Positions 1 through 8,900 of a stretch of 37,678 nucleotides of DNA are shown in pieces. The stretch is from a virus (Duplodnaviria > Caudoviricetes). Made by a program: the position numbers and the translations under genes. Numbering within the stretch: the first letter of the stretch is position 1; every line of letters begins with the position of its first letter. The notes under the pieces were generated by a model. It was not told where the DNA came from, did no database searches, and was given only the letters and a program-made list of their open reading frames with translations. Where the stretch lies: positions 1 through 37,678 of the IMG/VR virus record IMGVR_UViG_3300042937_000703; one strand, written 5' to 3'.

Positions 1-127
1 ACTACGAACCGACCGACTACGAGATGCTCTCGGAGTGGTGGCATGCCCACGGCAAGCACCGCCGCCCGGAGCCGATGCTCCCGAAATGCGGAGTCGTCTG
101 CGAGATCGACGGCAAGCCGGTCTCCGC
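1..127. repeat. Terminal direct repeat (identical to 37552-37678), most likely a circular-assembly overlap
   Basis: Exact identity read from both ends. The length matches a common assembler k-mer, and the repeat falls inside a gene. Confidence 0.95.
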
Positions 128-395
128 CCTCTTCCTCCACATGGACAACTCCTGCGGGATGTGTCTAGCAGACCATGCCGTGAGCGCCCCCGGCCTTTCC
201 TTGAAAACCGCGATGCTCGCTTTCAAACATTGCGTGGCTTGCCTCAAAAAAATCGCCAAGGATTTCGGCTACCACACGATGGCGGTCTTCACATACCCCG
301 GCATCGCCCGGGTGCTGGAGCGGCAGGGGTTCCGCGAATGCAACCGCAACCAAGTTTTTCTTATGACACCAACTGAGGAGGTTTCTAATGGCTGA
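1..395 (+). CDS. 3' part of the putative GNAT-like acetyltransferase (T7 gp13-like position)
   Basis: C-terminal IARVLERQGF resembles the end of GNAT folds. It lies between tail tubular B and the internal virion genes. Confidence 0.55.
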   Translation, partial: YEPTDYEMLSEWWHAHGKHRRPEPMLPKCGVVCEIDGKPVSALFLHMDNSCGMCLADHAVSAPGLSLKTAMLAFKHCVACLKKIAKDFGYHTMAVFTYPGIARVLERQGFRECNRNQVFLMTPTEEVSNG

Positions 396-1275
396 TCCGG
401 GAACATGGCTTGCAGTTGGTTCTTTAGTTGCCACCGCCGCCTCGACCGGCATCGCGATGTATTCCGCCAACGAGCAAAGCAAGTCGCAAGCCGCGATTGC
501 CGAATACAACCGCATCCAGAACGAGCAGAACGCCGCATGGCAGCGCATGGCAGCGGAGCGGGCCGCGCAGGCGGAGCAGTTCAATTCGCAGATGGCCATG
601 TTCAACGCGCAGTCGCAGGCCGACCAGGCGAACATGAACAATGTCCTCGTTCAGCAGCAATCGCAGCAACTCCGCGCCCAAGCCGATGGCGAGGATCGCC
701 AAGCCCGCGAGCAAGCCGACCGCATCCGCGCCGAGAAGGCCCGCATCCTCGGACTCCAGCGGTCCCAATACGCCGCCGGGGGCGTAACCACCGAGGGATC
801 TCCCCTTGCAGTTTTGGCTGATACCGCCAACCTCTACGAAATGCAGGTCGCCGATACTCGTCTCCTCGCCAATCTCTCCTCCGAGAAAAAACGCTACGAG
901 GCCGGGATGAACGAACTCGTCGGCGACTTCAATTTGTCCTCCGACCTTTTCGCCTCGGCGATGAACAAAAAAGCCGCGCAGATCAGTTTCAATGACGCGC
1001 AGTTCGCCGAGAAAGCCGCCGGGGCCGGTTACCGCATCAACATGCGCCAAGCCGCGATCGAGCAGATGGCAGGCAACGCCACCGCCCGCGCCACCGCGAT
1101 GGGTGGCTACACCGCGCTCGCCAGCGGCATCGGTTCCGCCGCCAACACCGGAATGAGTTACTACGGAAGCTCCGCATCAAGAAATCCGACAGGGGCTATT
1201 ACTGGATATGGCGGTCAATCGTATGTCCCAAGAACATCCGCAACAGGTGGCAAATACTACGCTCCAATTTCTTAA
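388..1275 (+). CDS. Internal virion (ejection) protein, gp14-like
   Basis: Hydrophobic N-terminus, Ala/Gln-rich helical body and a YAAGGVTTEGSPL motif. First gene of the ejection cluster. Confidence 0.7.
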   Translation: MADPGTWLAVGSLVATAASTGIAMYSANEQSKSQAAIAEYNRIQNEQNAAWQRMAAERAAQAEQFNSQMAMFNAQSQADQANMNNVLVQQQSQQLRAQADGEDRQAREQADRIRAEKARILGLQRSQYAAGGVTTEGSPLAVLADTANLYEMQVADTRLLANLSSEKKRYEAGMNELVGDFNLSSDLFASAMNKKAAQISFNDAQFAEKAAGAGYRINMRQAAIEQMAGNATARATAMGGYTALASGIGSAANTGMSYYGSSASRNPTGAITGYGGQSYVPRTSATGGKYYAPIS

Positions 1276-1278
1276 CCC

Positions 1279-2937
1279 ATGCCCGCCATCCGACTCGCCG
1301 ACATACCCAACGCAGGCCCGCAAGCCCTCGGTCCCTCGACCGGCATCCTCGCCCCGCAAGCCGCGCAGCTTGGCCGCGCTGCCATGATCGACCCCGGCGG
1401 AATGCGAAACGCCGCGCAGTCGATGCTCACCCAAACTCTGGAACTCGATGCTTTCTCCCAAGAAGCCCGCGCCATGGGCAAATTCGCCGACTCCATCGGC
1501 GGGCTGGGCGATGTCGCCATGAAGTGGGGCCAGAAAATGGCGCAAGCCAAAGACACCGCCGACCTCGCCCGCGCCGAGACCCTCATGCGCTCGGCCTTTG
1601 AGAAGCAGCAGAACGAGCAGATGAACACGCCGGTGGACAAGTGGCAGGAAAAATGGATCGCCAATGTCCAGCAGACTGAAAAAGCCATCGGCGAGATCGG
1701 CATCTCCAACAACGCCGCCCAGTCGCTCGCTCCGGCCCTTGAACGCTGGAACATGATGGGTGGCCTGCAAATCGAAGGGCAGGCCAACAAGAAACGCATC
1801 GAAGGCTACCAGCAGGACATCGAGGCCAACGCCCTAATGAAAATCGCCAATGACGATATCGAAGGCGCAATCGGCATCTACAACAAAGCGGTCGCAGACG
1901 AAATCATATCGGAACCCCAAGGCAAACTCGCCGTGGCCCGCCTGCAAGACAATTACCTCCGCAAGACCAAGGAGGAGCGCAACGCCAACATTGCCAGCAC
2001 AATTATTCAAAATCCCATAGGCGCAGAGGCAGACTTGGAAAAGGCGCTAGAAACAGGTAATTCCGAACTCTTCCCAGAACTCACCGAAAAAGCCGACATC
2101 GTCCGCGCCTACAGCAACGCCCGAAGCGAGGCTGGCGTCTACCGAAACAACATCGAGGATGATTTGGATCAATTGATCCTTTCCGGGGAACTCACCAAAC
2201 CGGAAGACATCCGCAGATTGGCTGAAGGCATCCTTCCGGAGCGCCGGATTCTTTCAGCTATCGAAACTCTTTCCAAGACCCCAGAGGAAATTGAAAAGGC
2301 TCTCGCCATGCGTCCAACTCTACTCACCATGGTCGAGGCATACGATCCAACGAAGGATGATAAGGATCGCTCCGAATATCTCAAAATCAAAGACTCCATC
2401 CGCCAGCTTCCCGAAGGCGAGCGAGGCGAACTCCTCTCCTCCCTGCGCGATAAGTGGAACAATCCGAAGGAAGCCACCCCAGTCACCGAAGCCACCTCCC
2501 AACTCAAAACCCTTTTCAACAAAGGGCAATTTGGCACATGGACAGAAGCGGACGGCAAAATGCCAGACTCCGAAGTGCCGAAGTTCCTTGCCGCCGGAAA
2601 GAAATTTGCCGGGTTTAAAAACAGCTTGGAAACTTGGGCCAAGGCCAACCCAAAGGAAGCCGCCGACCAGACCAAGGTCTACGAGAAACTTAACGAAATC
2701 CTCGCCGCTGATAAAGAAATTCAAAAAACGAAGGCAGGCGGCTCGTCGTGGTGGTGGCCGTTTGGATCATCTGCCCCTTCCAAGCCAGCCACCTCGACCG
2801 ACGATGTTCGCAAAAAAATCGACGCCCCACCGAAAACTTCCAAGGCCGATAGCATCAACAAAAAATCCTCCAAGGAGGACATCGTCCAAGCCAATCAAGA
2901 AATCGATTTCTCCACTCCGCTTCCCGATTTTTCCTAA
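1279..2937 (+). CDS. Internal virion (ejection) protein, gp15-like position
   Basis: 552-aa helical ORF between the gp14-like gene and the giant gene; its stop overlaps the next start. Confidence 0.6.
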   Translation: MPAIRLADIPNAGPQALGPSTGILAPQAAQLGRAAMIDPGGMRNAAQSMLTQTLELDAFSQEARAMGKFADSIGGLGDVAMKWGQKMAQAKDTADLARAETLMRSAFEKQQNEQMNTPVDKWQEKWIANVQQTEKAIGEIGISNNAAQSLAPALERWNMMGGLQIEGQANKKRIEGYQQDIEANALMKIANDDIEGAIGIYNKAVADEIISEPQGKLAVARLQDNYLRKTKEERNANIASTIIQNPIGAEADLEKALETGNSELFPELTEKADIVRAYSNARSEAGVYRNNIEDDLDQLILSGELTKPEDIRRLAEGILPERRILSAIETLSKTPEEIEKALAMRPTLLTMVEAYDPTKDDKDRSEYLKIKDSIRQLPEGERGELLSSLRDKWNNPKEATPVTEATSQLKTLFNKGQFGTWTEADGKMPDSEVPKFLAAGKKFAGFKNSLETWAKANPKEAADQTKVYEKLNEILAADKEIQKTKAGGSSWWWPFGSSAPSKPATSTDDVRKKIDAPPKTSKADSINKKSSKEDIVQANQEIDFSTPLPDFS

Positions 2938-5900
2938 TGCTTTCCGTCACGCCCACGCCAGTCGAACTTATCGACGACGACACAGCTACTCGATACTACA
3001 ACGAATTTGATACTCTGGAAGGAGCCGAGCGCGAGTCCCGCGCCGAGGCACTTCGCCTCTGGGCCGACCAGAAGGATGCCGAGCAGAAACGCGAGCAGTT
3101 CGACACGCTCAATAAAATCTACTCCGACTTCGATGGCTATGTGAGCGATTCCGGGTTGCAGGATTTCGACGAAGAATCCCGCTACCGCACCGCCAACCGG
3201 CAGTTCATCGCCTCGCAGTTTGACCAGACCCCGGAGGAGCAGCAGGACATCTACTCATCCTTCCGAGACAAGTGGACTGAGTCGGTGAATGGAAAAAAAG
3301 GAATGTCCGAGAAGGAAACTTTCGGCCTCATCAAACAGGGCATCGATGCCAGAAACGAGGTGTCCGAAGCGGCAAACCAAATCCCCGGCGACATCGCGCT
3401 TTCCCTGTTCGACTCCATTGGCGGTGGCGATCCCGTGGATGTCCCGAAACTCATCGAGACTTGGAAGACCAAGAACGCCGACTCGATCAAGAAATTGCCA
3501 CCCGGCTGGGAAGCTCCGCTCTTGGAATCCGCGCAAGCCTTCCACACAGAGACCGAGGGCATGCTTCGCGACTACGCCGAACCTCTCAAGAAAGTCTACG
3601 ACCACCTCGCCTCAGTCACCGGGCGCGATACCGAGCGGGCAGGGGAGACCAACCCCAAGAACCAAGAGGAGATGGACTCCATGGTGGACACCCTCGCCTC
3701 CATGCCCAAGCCGGTGCGCGAGCGGGCCTACGCCTCGGTCGTGCTTGGAGCGCAGAAGGCCGGGCAAGACCCGAAGAAATTCATGGAGCAGTGGGGCGAA
3801 AGCTGGAGCCGCACCCTCAATATGGTCCGCACCGGGGCGCTCACCGCGCAGGAGATGGCCGCTGAATCCGACCTCCGCATGCTGGAGAACAAGCAAATCC
3901 CGCCTGACTACTACATTTCCAAATCCACGGGAGAAAAAATCCCGCTCGCGAACCGTTCCTTCTACGACGAAGCCGACCTCCGCAAGGTCACACCGGAGGA
4001 GATCGCCGCCGAGGCCAACCAAGCCCGCCAGAAGGTCAAGCGTTTCGAGGTAATCCGCGAACTCCAAAGCGTGGCCGACAACCAGTTCGACCCCATCGAA
4101 AAAATCAACAAGGGCGGGTTCCTCGGCTTTATGGAGGCAATGGCCTACGGCTCCCCGCAGGGTCTGGCCTACACTGCCACGGCACTTGTCCCGGTCGTCG
4201 GCCCCTACATCGCAGGCGCAGCCATGTTTTCCGACGAATACAACCAACTTCGTCAACAAGGCATGGGTGTGGACCAAGCGGTGCAGATCGGCAGCGTGAG
4301 CGCAGCCGTCCAAGCCGGGTTGGAACGCACCGGCGCAAAGGCACTCTTCGGCAAGCTCCCGGCCTTTGAAATACTCATGCGTAAGATCGGCAATCCCGCT
4401 CGCGTGGGGAAGGTTGGCAGCGCAGGCGTCCGATTCTTGGCCGCTGCCACAGGCGAGCAATTTGTCGAAGGCGCTCAAGACCTCACCACCCCGCTGGTGC
4501 AGGATGTCTCCGAGGCGCTCGGAGCCGATGTGCCGGATGTGAAATGGCAACCCATCCTTGAGAAATGGGGCGGATCACGCCTCGATGTCCTCGCTGCCTC
4601 CATCCCCACCATTCTCCTTGGAACAGGCGTGGCCACCTTTGCGGACAACAAACGCTTTGAGCAATTTGATGAGCGGCAAGACCTCTACCGCTCCATGGGC
4701 ATGGACGATGCCACCATCAAAAAAATCGAGGACGGCAAAGACCTCGCCGAGAAGCAGCAGAACTTCCAATCCGAATTCGGCAAGCTCACCCCGGAGAATG
4801 TCAAAGCAGGGATCGCCTACATGGAAGGGAAAATCGCTTCCGCCAAAGACCAGCAGGAAGACCCCAACACACACACGCTCACCCGCGAAACCCTCGCAGA
4901 CGGATCCAAAAAGTTTGTCATCCGCGATCCCAAGGGCGATGTCAAATACACCACCTCAGATGAGCAGACCGCACAAATAGCACTCAGCGAACTCCTCCGT
5001 AACCAGATCACCGGCACGACCCGTGGCATCTTTGAGTCTATCTCGTTTTTCAACCAAATGAATGAAGCCGCCGGTCGCGGCGAGGATGTCCAAAAATTCC
5101 TTCTGAGCAACGCTCCGCGCAACCTCCTCACCGACTACGAGGCCAACCCTACCGAGCAGAACCTCAACAACCTTTTCGAGACCGTCCGGGCATTCGGGCA
5201 AGATATTTCGGAACCCGCCGAACTCGCCAACTTCCCCGTCCTCGCCAGCAACCAGGGCGTTCTTGCCGAGGGCATCTTCAAATCCGTGATCCAAATCCAC
5301 GAAGGCGCGACCGGCGACAAGGTCGTGCGAGATGTCGCGCAAGACAATCTGAAACGCGCCATCGCGGAAGGCCGCATCAAAATGGAATGGGTGCGCGAGA
5401 ACCTCAACCAAATCATTCCGCAAATTGATAGCGAACGCATCACCGGATACAGGCTCCGCACCGAGACCGACACCGATGTCATCGAGTCGTTCTCAGATGT
5501 CGCCTTGGCCTACATGGTCGGTGATGTCCGCGAGGAACAGATTCCCGAAGGATTCCGTGGATTCCTGCGCCGGATGGCCATCATCGTCAAAGACATTTAC
5601 CGCCGCGCCTACAACCTCAAGCGCCTCATCGCCGATGGCAAGGTGGACGCCAACTTTGAAACCCTCCTCGCCGACTCGGTCGGCCTCAACCAGCAGGCGC
5701 GTGTGGACACCACCCGGGAGCGGGTCGGCGGCGAACTGGCACAAGGCACCTTCAACTACTCAATCGGGTCCATGTCCGAGAGGATTGCTGCGACTGCGGT
5801 TATTGATAAAGACGGGCAGATTTTAAGCTCGCCCCTTAAAACCCACGCCCAACTCATGGAAGAGAGCGCCTATGATTTGGATCGTGGCGAGTTTCCTCCG

Positions 5901-8900
5901 ACTCAAAACTTTGGATTTGTCACAACAACAGGGCGATTCGTTTTGCAGCAAGAAGCACAACAACTCGCGCAACAGGCAAAACAGGTTCAAGGCAACCAAC
6001 CTATTTCCGGCGAAATTGTTTCCGGGTTGGAGCGCGAAGGTCGCCTCAACCCAGAGGTCGATCCGTTGGATGGTTCGGTTTCCGAAATCAATAAAATTCT
6101 GCGCGAGGTCGGCGATCAAATGGATCGTGGTCTGACATTGCAAAACTACGCCACCCGCGATGATTTGCCAGAGTTCCAATCCAGCGCCGTGGATGACGCA
6201 GCCGATTTCGCCGACTACCTCACAAATGATTTGGCTTCGCAGTTTCCAAAAGAATTTGCAGACCGAATAAAATCAGCAGCAGGGAACATTCTCGCTCAAC
6301 CAGTTTCGACTGATACCAACTACAGCATTGGGACACCGCAGTTCAAAGGATGGTTCGGAGAATGGGATGTCGATCCAACAACGGCATCCAAGGTGGTCGA
6401 TCCCGATGGCAAGCCGATGGTTGTTTACCACGGCACACAAAGGGCGGATCGCGTAGGAGACCGTTTCCGCAAATCTCGCGCCACTTCCGGGCCGATGGCC
6501 TTTTTCACAAACGACCCGGCCATTGCCTCGTCCTACTCCACGAACAAACGAGACACCTCTGCGGAGATGCCATCGGACTATGCCGAGTGGTTCAAATACA
6601 AAGGCAAGGGGATGCGCTCGCCGGTCGCTATCGACCGCGCATGGTGGAACCTTTCTCCCGAGGAGCGGGCTTCGGTAAACGAACGCATCTACACGATTGG
6701 CTATTCCGACTGGGATGCTGGCGAAGGCCCGATTGTCGCGGATTCGCAAAGCATCATGTCCCGCGACAGCATCGACTACGAATTGCGCCAAGCCCGGGGG
6801 AACGGCCTCCGGGCCTTGGTTGAGATGTGGCTATCCAGCGGATCGCTTTTCAACCAAGAGGAAAGGTTTTTGGAAGTCCTGCAAGCGGCAGGCGTGAAAG
6901 GGGCCACGCTCGATGATCCCAACGCCGCACGCTCGGCAGTCTACCCGGTCTATCTTTCGATCAAAAACCCGCTTGATACGGCAAACATCCCCGGCGATGT
7001 CGTCTCGGCCTTGGAACAAGCAGGCAAGCGCAAGCGGGCCAAGCAATCCGCAGGAGGCAACCCGGACGCATGGGATAAAAACACCATCAGCGGGAACGAT
7101 TGGATGGCCGCGCTGAAAGAGGACATGGCGAAAGGAACGACCCATGCGTGGACGCGCATCCCCGATTGGGTCACAGAAACTCTGTCGTCCCTCGGATACG
7201 ATGGCATCAAGGATACCGGTGGGAAAAATGGCGGAGTGCAGCACGAAGTCTGGATTCCATTCAACGAAACGCAGGTCAAATCCGCCACCGGCAACCGTGG
7301 CACCTTCGACCCGACCTCGGCGAACATCAACTACAGCATCGGGAAAAACTATTCTAACGAAGAAAAATACAACCAAATTGTTCCAGAGATTTCGAGTGTA
7401 AACCCGAACAAAGTATCCCGCCGGGACATGTATGAAGTTGCAAAAGTGTCGCCAGATGTGGCTTCAAACATGAGTTTTGAGAAACCTATTGAGGTTAGCT
7501 TGTTTGCTGACGGCACGCTTATGTTAAGTGACGGGCATCATCGGCTTGCCGCTGCCAAGCAACTTGGCATGAATAGCATTCCCGCTGTCGTTCGATCCAT
7601 CAATGCAAAAGGCAACCACATAAATGCGTTGATTGCTGAACAACAACCCGGCGCGACCAACTACAGCATTGGGGAATCCACGGATTCCGTAACTCCAATT
7701 GCAATAAACTTCCCCGCTCCGAATGTCCCTTCAGACATAAAAAATCTTCGCAAATACATCCGCCAAATGATTGCGGACTCATTGCAAGGAAAGACAATAA
7801 TCGTCGAGCGAACAGGAACCGAGGTTAAATTTACGGCAGAAAGTAGGGCGGAATCAGTTTCCAAAGCCAGAACGCCAACTCAAGCCGCTCCCATGCTTGA
7901 AGCTGAAAAAATTGTTTTGAGCGGTGTCCCCGTAGATATTTCAGAACCAGACAAAAACAAAAAGACTTACAAGGGAACAAGGTTGTTTCGTCGGTTTGCT
8001 ATTCCTGTTTCAATTGGAGGAGATGTCTATGCCTCGCATTTTACAATAAGGGAGCCGTTGGAATACGCTGAAAACAGCGGAGTCTTTTACGAATTTAATC
8101 TTGGACAAAAAATAGAGTCAGAGGACATGGGCTTGCCGCTGACTAACGCCAGTAGGTTGTCCGAAGACAACTTGCCCTTCAACTCTGACTCCAATGTCAG
8201 TATCGAGGCACTAATAAATAAAGTCAAGGGCGGAACCTCGAACTACTCCATCGCCTCGCAGTCGGAGATCGACCGGGTGAACAAGGCGCTCGGCGGCATG
8301 AACCGAGGCCCGGACGAGCGGCTCAAAGTCTACCAGCGGGCCAAGCAGAAATTCTCCAAGGTCATGGCTTGGAATTCCGACGAACTCGGCGCGATGGCCG
8401 ACACCGGCTCCGACGAGACGCAAATCCGCCGCACCCAACTCCTGCAAGGATTCGGCGAACTCGACGCGATCCTTCAAGTCCTCCCGCCCGAAGTGCGTGG
8501 GCGCGTGGGCGGCTACACCGTCCTCGCCAACATCGCTCCGATGGATGTCTTCAAGGACGGAGTAAAAGTCTCCGAAGCCAAAAACATGGACGGCGCGATC
8601 ATCAGCGCATGGATGAAGGAAGGCCAAAACATCGGCCAAGCAGGCAAGCAGGTCTCGCTACCACCAGGCTACACGGCCAAGGAAAACCTCGCCAGCAAGC
8701 GAGCGGACAAAGCCCTCGCCGACTTCTTCCGCGACCGGATCAAGAAAATCGACACCGAACTCGAAAAGGTGCTGGTGCGCGAATACACCGAGGCCATTGC
8801 CAAAGCCGTCAAGCAATCCCGCCCGAAGGCCGGTGACAACGGAGTCCGCACATCCACGCTCGGAGCCGAGACGCAGAAATTCGCCGACATGGTCCAACGC

